Shown piece after piece: positions 1-12,164 of a stretch of 50,578 bases of DNA. This DNA is from an uncultured PS1 clade bacterium (GTDB lineage: Bacteria > Pseudomonadota > Alphaproteobacteria > MED-G09): positions 1 through 50,578 of the forward strand of contig CACLQD010000003.1 in NCBI GenBank assembly GCA_902609025.1, in the 5' to 3' direction. Within the stretch, counting starts at the first letter, position 1; every line of letters begins with the position of its first letter. The notes below the pieces were generated by a model, which was given only the letters and a program-made list of their open reading frames with translations, was not told the origin of the DNA and made no database searches. Both the position numbers and the translations under genes were made by a program.

Positions 1-1
1 A

Positions 2-1153
2 TGCCAATTGATAAATATCTAGTTTACCTAATTTAGAATGCAATCCTTTGCTTGGAACCATATTTCTTAATGCTACTAATTCTTCAGAGGATATATTTTT
101 TGTTAATTCTAAAGCTGCATTTAAAGAATTATTATCGTACATTAATCCTACCCAAAAAGCCGATAATGCACATACATGATTTATATTACCTGCATCAGCA
201 CCTCTCATTTCAATAAATTTTTTTAACCTTGCCTCAGGAAAAATTGTTGTTAAATGAAGCTCCCAATCATCAATAGTTGGATAAAAATCTTTCACTACCT
301 CTATTTTACCATTAATAAAATCTTCAAAGGTATAGCCAGTTAAATTAATGTACTCTCCATTTCTGTAAATAAAGTACATAGGAACTTTCATAGCATAGTC
401 TACATATCGCTCGTAACCCATACCATCATCAAAAATAAAAGTTAGAATACCTGTTCTATCTGGATCAGTGTCTTTCCAAACTTCGCTTCTATATGAACTA
501 AAGCCATTAGGAGAATTTTCACTAAACGGTGAGTTAGAAAATAAAGCCGTTGCAACAGGTTGAAGAATAAATGAAAGCCTTAATTTCTTAACCATATCCA
601 ATTCAGATGAATAATCTAAGTTAACCTGTGAGGTACATGATCTTAACATCATATCAAGTCCGTGATCACCTTTAGTAGGCATATAACTCCTCATTATATC
701 GTAACGTTTTTTTGGCATTATAGGCATTTCATCTCTAGACCAGTCAGGGGTAAAGCCTATAGCTAAGAAATCTAATCCCATTTTTTCTCCGATATTTGAT
801 AATTGGTTTTTATGCTCAACTAACTCAAAGAATGTTTCATGAACATTATCTAACATAGCTCCGGAGAGTTCGAACTGACCTGCTGGTTCAAGAGTTATTG
901 AACCTCCGCCTAATTTATTGTCCCGAGTGAGCGCAATGACATTTCCATTTTCATAAACTGATTTCCATCCATACTCTTCGAAATTCTCAAGAAGGCTTCG
1001 AATACCGTTCTTACCATCATATGAAATTGGTTTGTTTGCATTAATATTGAATGGGAATTTCTCATGCTCTGTTCCAATCTTAAAATCTGATGGGTTTTTT
1101 TCCCCCTCAGCTATATAGCTAATTAATTGATCTTTTGATTCGATTCTTTCCAT
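2..1153 (-). CDS. gshA: Glutamate--cysteine ligase (alphaproteobacterial/plant type), 3' end beyond window
   Basis: Not in the ORF track. Manual translation from ATG at 1153 gives MERIESKDQLISYIAEGEK...IGTEHEKF...ITLEPAGQFELSGA...MPKKRYDIMRSYMP...QVNLDYSSE, which are GCS2-family motifs. Confidence 0.92.
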   Translation of the reverse strand, partial: MERIESKDQLISYIAEGEKNPSDFKIGTEHEKFPFNINANKPISYDGKNGIRSLLENFEEYGWKSVYENGNVIALTRDNKLGGGSITLEPAGQFELSGAMLDNVHETFFELVEHKNQLSNIGEKMGLDFLAIGFTPDWSRDEMPIMPKKRYDIMRSYMPTKGDHGLDMMLRSCTSQVNLDYSSELDMVKKLRLSFILQPVATALFSNSPFSENSPNGFSSYRSEVWKDTDPDRTGILTFIFDDGMGYERYVDYAMKVPMYFIYRNGEYINLTGYTFEDFINGKIEVVKDFYPTIDDWELHLTTIFPEARLKKFIEMRGADAGNINHVCALSAFWVGLMYDNNSLNAALELTKNISSEELVALRNMVPSKGLHSKLGKLDIYQLA

Positions 1154-1184
1154 TCTATTTTTTAGTTAATTTTCGCCTATAAAG

Positions 1185-1925
1185 CTATACCCAATCACCT
1201 AAGGTTGAATGAAAAAGAGATAACGAACTAACTATTGCAGTATCAGATCTTAAGATTCTTGGCCCAAGTGAAATAATACTTAAATTTTTAATACTATTAA
1301 TCTTTTCTCTTTCTTTATCGCTGAAACCACCCTCTGGACCAATAAGAATAGCCCATTTATTTGATTTGTTTATACTTTTAATGGACTCAAGTTGTTTTTT
1401 TGGATTATTTTCACATTTTTCATCACAAAATATTAAGGTTCGTTCAGAATCTATATGATCCCAATTATCAATGATATATTCAAGATTTTCTATCTTATTA
1501 ACCTTTGGAATAAATGTTAAACCACATTGTTCGGCTGCCTCAATAGCATTGGACAAAATTTTAGATTGCTTGATGGATTTATATTGAGTTCTCTCCGTAA
1601 GAACTGGCCATATAACTCTAGCACCTAATTCAGTTATTTTTTGAGCAATAAAATCGATTCTTAATTTTTTAACTGGCGCGAAAAGTATCCAAATATCACT
1701 AGGCTTATCTTTAATACCAATTTCTTTTAATGTTTTAACTTTTGATTTTTTCTTATTTAATTCAAGAAGCTCAACAGCCCACTCACCATCATTTTCATTA
1801 AAAATATTAAAATTATCTCCAATATTCAATCGCATAACATTTTTAATATAGTGAGTTTGAGATTGATCTAACTCTATAAACCCATTTGTTATTTTTTTAT
1901 TTATATAAACTCGTATAATTTTCAT
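1185..1925 (-). CDS. rsmE: 16S rRNA m3U1498 methyltransferase
   Basis: HYIKNVMRL, QKITELG, EAAEQC, IGPEGGFS and LGPRILRSDTA SPOUT motifs. Confidence 0.95.
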   Translation of the reverse strand: MKIIRVYINKKITNGFIELDQSQTHYIKNVMRLNIGDNFNIFNENDGEWAVELLELNKKKSKVKTLKEIGIKDKPSDIWILFAPVKKLRIDFIAQKITELGARVIWPVLTERTQYKSIKQSKILSNAIEAAEQCGLTFIPKVNKIENLEYIIDNWDHIDSERTLIFCDEKCENNPKKQLESIKSINKSNKWAILIGPEGGFSDKEREKINSIKNLSIISLGPRILRSDTAIVSSLSLFHSTLGDWV

Positions 1926-1988
1926 ATTTCAATATTATAAAGTAAAAGATAAATGTTAGGTAACTCTAAGAAAATTAAATAACAAATC

Positions 1989-4002
<2,014 letters not shown>

Positions 4003-4051
4003 TTATATTTGGTCAACAAAATATATTCCAAGAATTATTATTTGATTGAAT

Positions 4052-4100
4052 TATCTATATGTTGAGTCATTAGTCAGCTGAAAGACTCAATATCTTGCGA
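4052..4100. promoter_or_regulatory. Paired NrdR-box-like sites / inverted repeat, each overlapping a GANTC site, upstream of ccrM
   Basis: TATCTATATGTTGAGT(C) at 4052-4068 and (G)ACTCAATATCTTGCGA at 4084-4100 resemble the NrdR consensus acaCwAtATaTwGtg; centres are 33 bp apart; GAGTC at 4064 and GACTC at 4084. Confidence 0.45.
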
Positions 4101-4684
4101 ATGGGAGAAAATGATTTTCTGTGGTGTTTTGTTACACCATAAGCATTTAATGCATTTTGGTGATCTTTAGTTCCATATCCTTTATTTTTTTTCCATTTAT
4201 ATTCTGGGTGTTCGTTATCGATATTTAACATAAATTTATCTCTTTCAACTTTAGCAATTATTGATGCTGCAGCAATTGACATTGAAATGCTATCACCTTT
4301 TATTATATTTTCATGAGGAATATTAAAATTTGGACTCAAATTCCCATCTACAAGAATATAATCGGGCTTTATAATTAGATTTTCTAATGCTCTTCGCATA
4401 GAAAGAAATGTAGCTTCGAGGATATTTAATTGGTCTATTTCATTTGGTGAAGCGAAACCTATGCCATATTTATGATTTATAAGAATTTCTTCATATAATT
4501 CTATGCGTTTTTTTTCGGAAATTTTTTTAGAGTCATTTATGCCCTCAGGTATACAGTTCCTATTTAAAATAACGATTGCTGAATAAACTGGTCCAGCCCA
4601 AGGACCTCTTCCCACTTCGTCTACACCAGCAATATTACTAAAGTCTAATTGTCCTTTTTTATCTTCAATAGAAAAATCGGGCAC
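4070..4684 (-). CDS. rnhB: Ribonuclease HII
   Basis: AGVDEVGRGPWAGPV, DSKK, IIKGD, IAAASIIAKV, KGYGT and HRKSF motifs. Confidence 0.96.
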   Translation of the reverse strand: MPDFSIEDKKGQLDFSNIAGVDEVGRGPWAGPVYSAIVILNRNCIPEGINDSKKISEKKRIELYEEILINHKYGIGFASPNEIDQLNILEATFLSMRRALENLIIKPDYILVDGNLSPNFNIPHENIIKGDSISMSIAAASIIAKVERDKFMLNIDNEHPEYKWKKNKGYGTKDHQNALNAYGVTKHHRKSFSPIRKILSLSAD

Positions 4685-6183
4685 TACTCTGCTGCAATTA
4701 CATCATTCTTTTGCCATCTTAAAACTGGATTTCTTGCGGCTTTCGTTTCATCCAATCTTCTAATGGGAGTATAAATTGGCGCCTTCTTAAAGAATTCTTC
4801 TCCATCTTGAGTTTTTGAGGCTAATTCCCTAATGGTTTCAATAAATTGATCAATAGAATTCTTTGACTCAGTTTCTGTTGGTTCAACTAGTAATGCTCCA
4901 TGAACAACAAGAGGGAAATATATTGTCATTGGATGATAACCTTTATCTATTAAAGCCTTTGCAAAATCAATTGTCTCAACACCAGTTCCATTTAAAAAAT
5001 CGTCATTAAATAAAACTTCATGCATACAATACCCTTCATAAGCAGGTGTTAAAATATCCTCTAATGAAGATTTGATGTAATTTGCATTAAGCACTGCATC
5101 TTCTGAAACTTGCCTTAAGCCGTCAGAACCATGACTCATCATGTAAGATAAAGCTCTAACAAACATTCCCATTTGGCCATGAAAAACACAAAGCCGACCA
5201 AAAGATTTATTAATATCTTTATCATTATGATTTTCCACTAAATAATAATTTTCTTCATCTTTTTTTAAAAGTGGAGCTGGACAGAAATCCTTTAAAATAT
5301 CAGAGAAAACTACTGGACCAGATCCTGGTCCGCCTCCGCCATGTGGTGTAGAAAATGTTTTATGTAAATTTATATGCATAGCATCAATACCTAAGTCACC
5401 AGGCCTTACTTTACCAACTAAGGCATTAAAGTTGGCTCCGTCACAATACAAATAACCACCTGCATCATGAATGTAATTTGCTATTTCAATAATATCGTCC
5501 TCAAAAAGACCACATGTATTTGGATTTGTAATCATTGCTGCAGCAAAGTTTTTATCTACATTTTCTTTAAAATCATCAAAATTCAATCTACCATTTTTAT
5601 CAGATTTTATTGTTACAACATCAAAACCTAAAAAAGCAGCGGTTGCAGGATTAGTGCCATGAGCAGAATCAGGGACCAAAACCTTAGTTCGATGACACTC
5701 ATTCCTTGCTTCTATTGCTTTTTTAATTGCAAGCATTCCACAAAGTTCGCCTTGAGCGCCAGCTTTTGGAGTCATAGTAACGGCTTGCATTCCTGTTAAT
5801 TCTTTTAACCAAGTCGAAATTTCATCTATAAGTTCAAGAGCGCCCTGGCATGTTGATAAAGGTTGAAGCGGATGAATTTCAGAAAATCCTTTTAATCTTG
5901 CCATTTTCTCATTTAGTCTTGGGTTATGCTTCATTGTGCATGAACCTAAAGGGTAAAGACCTGCATCAATAGAATAGTTCTTTCTTGATAATCTAACATA
6001 ATGTCTAATTGACTCAGGCTCACTTAATCCAGGTAAACCAATTTCTCGATTCTCAAAACATTCACCAATAAAATTTTCTTTAAATGTTGGTTCATTAAGA
6101 TCAACTCCAGATTTATCCATACCACCAATTTCAAATAATATTGGTTCATCGTGATTTAGACCTTTAGTCGAATTTTTCATCAT
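4684..6183 (-). CDS. gcvPB: Glycine dehydrogenase (decarboxylating) subunit 2
   Basis: YPLGSCTMKHNP, SAHGTNPATA and PLP-lysine motif HINLHKTFSTPHGGGGPG. Confidence 0.96.
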   Translation of the reverse strand: MMKNSTKGLNHDEPILFEIGGMDKSGVDLNEPTFKENFIGECFENREIGLPGLSEPESIRHYVRLSRKNYSIDAGLYPLGSCTMKHNPRLNEKMARLKGFSEIHPLQPLSTCQGALELIDEISTWLKELTGMQAVTMTPKAGAQGELCGMLAIKKAIEARNECHRTKVLVPDSAHGTNPATAAFLGFDVVTIKSDKNGRLNFDDFKENVDKNFAAAMITNPNTCGLFEDDIIEIANYIHDAGGYLYCDGANFNALVGKVRPGDLGIDAMHINLHKTFSTPHGGGGPGSGPVVFSDILKDFCPAPLLKKDEENYYLVENHNDKDINKSFGRLCVFHGQMGMFVRALSYMMSHGSDGLRQVSEDAVLNANYIKSSLEDILTPAYEGYCMHEVLFNDDFLNGTGVETIDFAKALIDKGYHPMTIYFPLVVHGALLVEPTETESKNSIDQFIETIRELASKTQDGEEFFKKAPIYTPIRRLDETKAARNPVLRWQKNDVIAAE

Positions 6184-7523
6184 AAAACCTCTTTTGCTGC
6201 TTCAATATATGAATTCATATCATCTTCTGTATTAGTTTCCGTACTAGCAACCACGATAAAATTATCTAATTCCTTATTATTATTAATTAATCTTGATACA
6301 GGTATGCCTGCTAGAACACCTTTTTCTGCCATTCTATCAACAAATACTTCGCCCTTAATTGGTAATTCGATAGTAAATTCATTGAAAAAACTTTTGTTTA
6401 ACAATTTAAATTCTGGAATTTTTAATATTTTTTCTTTCAAATTTAATGCTGACTCATGATTAAGTCTTGAAAGGTTCTTAAAGCCTTTCTCACCAAGAAG
6501 TGTTAAGTGAATTGTAAATGCCAAGCTACATAGTCCTGAATTTGTACATATATTTGATGTAGCTTTTTCTCTTCTAATATGTTGCTCTCTTGCTGATAAT
6601 GTTAGTACAAAACCTTTTTTTCCATCAACATCTTCAGACTCTCCAACAATCCTTCCAGGAATTTGTCTTAAATATTTATTCTTTGTTGATAACAGACCCA
6701 CATATGGTCCACCAAAATTCATAGGATTGCCTAGGGATTGACCTTCGCATGCCACAATATCAGCGCCCATTGCGCCTGGGGATTTCATCATTCCTAATGA
6801 TAAAACTTCAGTTACAACAACAATAAGCAATGCTCCTTTACTTTGAACAAATTCTGCTAAAGATGACAAATCATAACAAGAGCCAAAAAAGTCTGGATTT
6901 TGAACGACCACACAAGCAGTATTTTCATTAACTTCATTAAGTAAATAATCAATATCAATAGAAAAATTTCTACCATAAAAAAACTCGCTATCTTTAATAC
7001 CTGATACAGTTTTGATAACATCTGCATAATGAGGGTGGATTGTATTTGATAAAATAACTTGATTTCTTTTAGTTATTCTTTTCGCCATTGATACTGCTTC
7101 AGCAGCAGCCGTTGACCCGTCATACATAGATGCATTAGAAATATCCATGCCAGTTAAGAGAGATACCTGAGTTTGGAATTCATATAGATATTGCAATGTA
7201 CCCTGTGATATTTCTGGTTGGTAAGGAGTATATGAAGTCAGAAATTCTGATCTCTGAATAATGTGATCTACACTTGCAGGAATATGATGCTTGTATGATC
7301 CACCGCCTATGAAAAAATTGCTATTATCTGCATGAAGATTTTTATCAGACAAAAGAGATAAATGTTTTTCTACTTCCATTTCAGTTTTATGATTAGGTAA
7401 ATCAAATTTTGGATTAATACTTACTTTCTCAGCAATATTGGAAAAAAGTTCATCAATATTGTTTGCTCCAATAGTACTTAACATTTCTTCTCTATTATTT
7501 TTAGTTAATGGTAAATATCTCAT
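6180..7523 (-). CDS. gcvPA: Glycine dehydrogenase (decarboxylating) subunit 1
   Basis: MRYLP, TSYTPYQPEISQGTLQ, NASMYDG and REQHIRREKATSNICTN motifs. Confidence 0.96.
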   Translation of the reverse strand: MRYLPLTKNNREEMLSTIGANNIDELFSNIAEKVSINPKFDLPNHKTEMEVEKHLSLLSDKNLHADNSNFFIGGGSYKHHIPASVDHIIQRSEFLTSYTPYQPEISQGTLQYLYEFQTQVSLLTGMDISNASMYDGSTAAAEAVSMAKRITKRNQVILSNTIHPHYADVIKTVSGIKDSEFFYGRNFSIDIDYLLNEVNENTACVVVQNPDFFGSCYDLSSLAEFVQSKGALLIVVVTEVLSLGMMKSPGAMGADIVACEGQSLGNPMNFGGPYVGLLSTKNKYLRQIPGRIVGESEDVDGKKGFVLTLSAREQHIRREKATSNICTNSGLCSLAFTIHLTLLGEKGFKNLSRLNHESALNLKEKILKIPEFKLLNKSFFNEFTIELPIKGEVFVDRMAEKGVLAGIPVSRLINNNKELDNFIVVASTETNTEDDMNSYIEAAKEVL

Positions 7524-7895
7524 TTAATCACCTATATGTTTCTGATATTCTTCTTCAGACATAAGCTCTGAAAGCTCGTCATTATTAGAAATTTTAATTT
7601 CGTAAAACCAACCCTTACCAATAGGATCTTCATTTACTATTTCTGGAGTTGAGTTTAAATCTTCATTGGATTTTATTATTGTACCAGAAACTGGAGAATA
7701 TACTTCACTTGCTGCTTTTACAGATTCAACAACAGCAATATCTTTTCCAATTTCTGCAGTAATACCTTCTTCTGGTAATTCAACAAAAACAATATCTCCC
7801 AGTTGCTCACTTGCATATGCAGTAATGCCTACAACACCAATATTGTCTTCTACTTTTATCCATTCATGATCCTTAGTAAAATAAATCTCAGCCAT
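7524..7895 (-). CDS. gcvH: Glycine cleavage system H protein (start moved to MAEIYFTKDHEW)
   Basis: HEWI, LGDIVFVELP and lipoyl-Lys motif ESVKAASEVYSP; the ATG at 7895 lies just after the gcvT stop and has GAGG upstream. Confidence 0.95.
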   Translation of the reverse strand: MAEIYFTKDHEWIKVEDNIGVVGITAYASEQLGDIVFVELPEEGITAEIGKDIAVVESVKAASEVYSPVSGTIIKSNEDLNSTPEIVNEDPIGKGWFYEIKISNNDELSELMSEEEYQKHIGD

Positions 7896-7896
7896 T

Positions 7897-9033
7897 TTAT
7901 TTGTTACCTCTAAAATATTTATGCTCAACAAAAGGAAGTGAAGTTATTTCTGCTGGTATTAAATTACCTCTAACATTTAATAAAATCTCACAATTACTTT
8001 TTAGGATATCTGAATTAATGTATCCCATAGCAATTGGTCCTTGAAGCGAAGGGGAGTACCCCCCACTAGTGATTTCGCCTATTGTTTTTTCATTTTTATC
8101 AAAAATTTGTGTTCCTTCTCTAGCTGGAAGTTTACCCATAGGCTTAATACCAACTAATTGTCTTTCAACCCCATTTTCTAAATCTTTTTTGATCGGTTCA
8201 TGGCCAATAAAACCACCATTTTCGATTCTTTCTTTTGGAATAGACCATGTTAAACCAGCTTCGATTGGTGATACAGAGGATGATATGTCATTTCCATACA
8301 AACAAAGTCCTGCTTCCATTCTTAAAGAATTTCTAGCGCCTAAACCAGCAAGTTTAACACCTTCGCATTGTAAAAGTTCGTTTATAAATTTTTCTGCATA
8401 TCTATCTTTTATCGATATCTCAAAACCATCTTCACCAGTATATCCACATCTAGAAATAAAAAATTTCTCATTATTATAATTAAACCAATCAGCTGTCATG
8501 AAAGGCATATCATCAATTTCTTGAAAAAAAGTCTTTAAAATATTTGATGAGTTTGGTCCTTGTAAGGCTATTAGAGCTCTATCTTCAATCAATTCAATTT
8601 TATAGGCTTTATTTAGATTATTATATAAATGATCAAGGTCTTTTGAGGTACAATCTGCATTAACGACAAGCCAAACATGATCTTCCTCAAAAGTTCTACA
8701 GATCATTAGATCATCAATAATCTTACCTTCGTTATTAAGAAATTGTGTATATTTAATTTGACCAGGAGCTATCTTAGAAAAAGAAATGGGAAGTATCTTT
8801 TCCATTGCATCATAAATCATTGGTCCTGATATTTTAATCTGCCCCATATGTGAAACATCAAAAATACTTACAGAATTTCTCGTATGATTATGCTCAGCAA
8901 TAATACCATTTTCATATTGAATAGGTAAATGATATCCAGCAAAAGGTACTAATTTTGCTCTATTATCATTGTGAATTTTGTACAAAGGGGTAGTTTTAAG
9001 ATTTTGTTCTAAACCCCAATAAGCCTCAGACAT
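7897..9033 (-). CDS. gcvT: Glycine cleavage aminomethyltransferase T (start moved to ATG 9033)
   Basis: FDVSHMGQ, RCGYTGEDGFEI, GLGARNSLRMEAGLCLYG and ITSGGYSP motifs; GGAG precedes ATG 9033, while the longer track start lies inside the riboswitch. Confidence 0.95.
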   Translation of the reverse strand: MSEAYWGLEQNLKTTPLYKIHNDNRAKLVPFAGYHLPIQYENGIIAEHNHTRNSVSIFDVSHMGQIKISGPMIYDAMEKILPISFSKIAPGQIKYTQFLNNEGKIIDDLMICRTFEEDHVWLVVNADCTSKDLDHLYNNLNKAYKIELIEDRALIALQGPNSSNILKTFFQEIDDMPFMTADWFNYNNEKFFISRCGYTGEDGFEISIKDRYAEKFINELLQCEGVKLAGLGARNSLRMEAGLCLYGNDISSSVSPIEAGLTWSIPKERIENGGFIGHEPIKKDLENGVERQLVGIKPMGKLPAREGTQIFDKNEKTIGEITSGGYSPSLQGPIAMGYINSDILKSNCEILLNVRGNLIPAEITSLPFVEHKYFRGNK

Positions 9034-9071
9034 ATAATCTCCATGACAGCATAGTTGTTTCCAACTGCCCT

Positions 9072-9237
9072 CCTCTGTCATTGGACCCTGAGAGATTTGA
9101 CAACTTTAGTTGCTTACCCCGTCGGAGAAGTATTAAACTTACTTTCCAGAGTTTTATGATATTTGCGGTCCTTTTGCCTGAGAGTTTCCGAGGGCGGTTG
9201 CTCCTTCGGCGCTATAAAAGTCTCTCCCGCAAATATC
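9072..9237 (-). ncRNA. Tandem (two-aptamer) glycine riboswitch in the gcvT leader
   Basis: Minus-strand aptamer 1 (9237-9158): GATATTTGCG-GGAGAGA...CGCCGAAGGAGCAA...CTCTCAGGCAAAAGGAC-CGCAAATATC. Aptamer 2 (about 9152-9072): CTCTGGAAAG...CCGACGGGGTAA...CTCTCAGG...GACAGAG. Confidence 0.95.
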
Positions 9238-9238
9238 T

Positions 9239-9289
9239 AGAATCAATTGATTCTTTTTATATAATTAAACATATATAAAATTTTGTCAA
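9239..9289 (-). promoter_or_regulatory. Putative gcv operon promoter region with a perfect 16-bp palindrome containing two GANTC sites
   Basis: TTGACA at 9289-9284 on the minus strand (the -10 element is ambiguous); AGAATCAATTGATTCT at 9239-9254. Confidence 0.45.
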
Positions 9290-9294
9290 TTTGG

Positions 9295-9747
9295 TTATTC
9301 AAGCCCAATAAGAACTTTATATGATGAACCTGTTCTACCCTCTTCAATTTTTGATCTGAGTCCCTCTATAGGAACTGAAAAGGAACTTATTTTTTGATTA
9401 TTAAGTTTTACAAAAACAATTTTTGACCACTTGTCTATAACTGTATCATCTGGTCCAACAAATGCTATAAAAAGGTTAATCCTTAAATTTTCTAACGTCA
9501 CAGTATCGCTATTAATTACATCACCAAAAATACCAACATCAAAATTAATATTCTTCCTTCTTAGGTTATATTCACAAATCATTATTGTTCTATTTAGCTC
9601 AATAAGTAAATCAGATCTGTCTATCTGTTTTGTCTCGCTTCCTTTTAATATAGCTGCTCTTGGACATGGACCAGGATCAAAATAAGCAGAATCTGAACAA
9701 CTAACCAAAAAAACTAAAAAATAGATAATAAAAAAATATTTGAACAT
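9295..9747 (-). CDS. Putative lipoprotein of unknown function, divergent from ispH
   Basis: Start MFKYFFIIYFLVFLVSC gives a signal peptide with a lipobox Cys; also a CPR motif. The track's upstream start is unlikely. Confidence 0.65.
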   Translation of the reverse strand: MFKYFFIIYFLVFLVSCSDSAYFDPGPCPRAAILKGSETKQIDRSDLLIELNRTIMICEYNLRRKNINFDVGIFGDVINSDTVTLENLRINLFIAFVGPDDTVIDKWSKIVFVKLNNQKISSFSVPIEGLRSKIEEGRTGSSYKVLIGLE

Positions 9748-9825
9748 TTTGTTTTCCAAAAATATAACTCTTAAATTGAAAATAAAATTGTATAATAAGT
9801 ATATATTAGTTAAATCAGACATAAA

Positions 9826-10773
9826 ATGAACTTAAAATTAAAAAAAATGTTATTTTTACCAAATCCACGAGGGTTTTGTGCTGGAGTAGATAGAGCAATA
9901 AATATTGTTGAGCTGTCTTTAAAGAAATATGGACCACCAATTTTTGTACGGCACGAAATCGTTCACAATCCATGGGTAATAAAAGACTTAGAATCTAAAG
10001 GCGTTATATTTATTGAGAATCTTGAAGACGCTCCTGAAGGATCTAGAGTGATATTCTCTGCTCATGGCATTCCAATAAGTGTTTTGAAAGATGCTGAGAA
10101 TAGAGAAATGCCATTTATTGATGCAACATGCCCGTTAGTTATAAAAGTTCATAATGAAGCTAAAAGGCTATTTAAAGATGGGGCGCACATTTTTCTTATA
10201 GGTCATGAAGGTCATCCTGAAGTAATAGGAACAATGGGACAAATCCCTATTGATTCAATTACTTTAATTCAAGAAAAAGAGGATGTTAAAAAAATAAAAC
10301 CGTCTGATTTTAAAAAAGTAGCATTAATAACTCAAACAACTTTATCAGTAGATGACACTAAAGAAATTATCAAAGAATTAAAGAATATCTTTCCAGATAT
10401 AATACAGCCGCCAAAAGAAGATATTTGTTACGCAACTACAAATAGACAGTTAGCTATAAAATCAATAGCAGATAAATGTGATCTGATATATGTAATTGGT
10501 GCCAATAATTCTTCAAACTCCCTTAGGTTGGTTGAAGTTGGTAAAAAATCAGGATGCAGTGATACCCATTTAATTTCGAACATATCTGAAGTTAATTGGT
10601 TTGAAATTGAAAAACATAAAAATATAGGTTTAACTGCAGGCGCTAGTGCCCCTGATATACTAATTCAAGAGTTTATCGGAAAGATGCATGAACTATATGA
10701 TGTCGAAATAAAAAATATCTCAGTTGCTAATGAAAATATAACTTTTAAAATACCCAAAGAACTTAATGAGTAA
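9826..10773 (+). CDS. ispH: 4-hydroxy-3-methylbut-2-enyl diphosphate reductase
   Basis: PRGFCAGVDRAI, HEIVHN, FSAHG, DATCPLV, ICYATTNRQ, NSSNS and TAGASAP motifs. Confidence 0.97.
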   Translation: MNLKLKKMLFLPNPRGFCAGVDRAINIVELSLKKYGPPIFVRHEIVHNPWVIKDLESKGVIFIENLEDAPEGSRVIFSAHGIPISVLKDAENREMPFIDATCPLVIKVHNEAKRLFKDGAHIFLIGHEGHPEVIGTMGQIPIDSITLIQEKEDVKKIKPSDFKKVALITQTTLSVDDTKEIIKELKNIFPDIIQPPKEDICYATTNRQLAIKSIADKCDLIYVIGANNSSNSLRLVEVGKKSGCSDTHLISNISEVNWFEIEKHKNIGLTAGASAPDILIQEFIGKMHELYDVEIKNISVANENITFKIPKELNE

Positions 10774-10776
10774 TAA

Positions 10777-11730
10777 ATGGCAGTTTATACGCATGTATCT
10801 TCAGAAGACTTAAGCCTTTTTCTTAAGGATTATGAAATAGGTGAATTAAAAGAATTTGAAGGGATATCAGAAGGTGTTGAAAACACTAATTACAAATTAA
10901 AAACAGAAAAAAATTCTTTTATTCTAACAATTTACGAAGATAGGGTAGAAAAAAAAGACATTCCGTTTTTTTTGGAATATATGTTTTATTTATCTTCAAA
11001 TGGTATTAAATGTCCTCTTCCATTAAGGAATAATAATAGCCTTTTTGCAGAAATATTGGGTAAGCCAGCATCAGTATTAACTTTTTTAGATGGAAAATCT
11101 ACTCTATCTGTTACTGAAGAACAAGCTTATCAGCTTGGTTTAATTTTAGGTAAGATACACAATATTAGCATCAACTTAGAAATTAAAAGAGAAAATCCAT
11201 TGGGGTTAGATAGCTTTCCGAAGCTAATCAAAAATTCAAAATCTACTGCGGAAACTTTTTCAAAAGATCTTAATATAAATATGCTTGAAGAATACAATAG
11301 AATAAAATCAAATTGGCCAGAGAGTCTGCCAAAGGGAATTATTCACGCAGATCTTTTTCCTGACAATATCCTTTTTCATGAGGGTCAAATTTCTGGTGTT
11401 ATCGATTTTAGCTTTTCATGTAATGATTTTTTATCTTATGACTTAAGTATATGCATTAATGCTTGGTGCTTTAAAGATGGTGAGTTTGATATTTCATTAT
11501 CTCGAAACCTTTTAAAGGGTTATCAAAAAGAGAGGAAATTAAGTCATGCGGAGATCGAAAAATTACCCATATTATGTTCGGGCTCTGCTTTGAGATTTCT
11601 ATTAACTCGACTTGTTGATTGGAGAGTTAACGATAAAAATGCAATGGTAACTCCTAAAAATCCAAATGAATTTATTAAAATTCTTGATTTTCATAAAGAT
11701 ATAAATAATCCTGAAGAATATGGCATTTAA
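10777..11730 (+). CDS. thrB: Homoserine kinase (APH-like type II)
   Basis: [24 protein letters not shown] and ALRFLLTRL motifs; ispH-thrB-rnhA gene order. Confidence 0.92.
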   Translation: MAVYTHVSSEDLSLFLKDYEIGELKEFEGISEGVENTNYKLKTEKNSFILTIYEDRVEKKDIPFFLEYMFYLSSNGIKCPLPLRNNNSLFAEILGKPASVLTFLDGKSTLSVTEEQAYQLGLILGKIHNISINLEIKRENPLGLDSFPKLIKNSKSTAETFSKDLNINMLEEYNRIKSNWPESLPKGIIHADLFPDNILFHEGQISGVIDFSFSCNDFLSYDLSICINAWCFKDGEFDISLSRNLLKGYQKERKLSHAEIEKLPILCSGSALRFLLTRLVDWRVNDKNAMVTPKNPNEFIKILDFHKDINNPEEYGI

Positions 11731-12164
11731 TGAATAAAAAAGTTGATATATATACTGACGGCGCATGTTCAGGAAACCCTGGTCCTGGTGGCTGGGGAGT
11801 TCTTATCGAAATAGATAATGAAAATATAGAGCTATCAGGTGGAGATAAGGAAACTACAAATAATCGTATGGAGCTTATGGCTGCAATTAAGGCACTAGAA
11901 GAAATAGATAAAGATTATGAAATCACCTTATATACGGACTCCAATTATGTAAAAGATGGAATAACAAGTTGGATATCGAATTGGAAAAAAAATAACTGGA
12001 AAACAGCCAGTAAAAAAGATGTAAAAAATAAAGAATTATGGATACGTCTTGATGAAGCTATAAAAGATAAAAATATATCTTGGGTTTGGGTTAAAGGCCA
12101 CGCTGGTAATGCGGGAAACGAGCAAGCAGATTATCTTGCTCGTTCAGCATTAGAAAAATTATAA
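11730..12164 (+). CDS. rnhA: Ribonuclease HI
   Basis: [30 protein letters not shown] and [12 protein letters not shown] motifs. Confidence 0.97.
   Translation: MNKKVDIYTDGACSGNPGPGGWGVLIEIDNENIELSGGDKETTNNRMELMAAIKALEEIDKDYEITLYTDSNYVKDGITSWISNWKKNNWKTASKKDVKNKELWIRLDEAIKDKNISWVWVKGHAGNAGNEQADYLARSALEKL

Noticed and set aside
9034-9081. N-terminal extension of GcvT in the ORF track
   Set aside because: It lies within aptamer 2 and the expression platform; ATG 9033 has the proper RBS.
9081-9278. 65-aa plus-strand ORF
   Set aside because: It is antisense to the glycine riboswitch, and the local higher GC explains the open frame.
7666-9685. Antisense ORFs at 7666, 8069 and 9431
   Set aside because: They are shadows of gcvH, gcvT and the lipoprotein gene, with no recognisable motifs.
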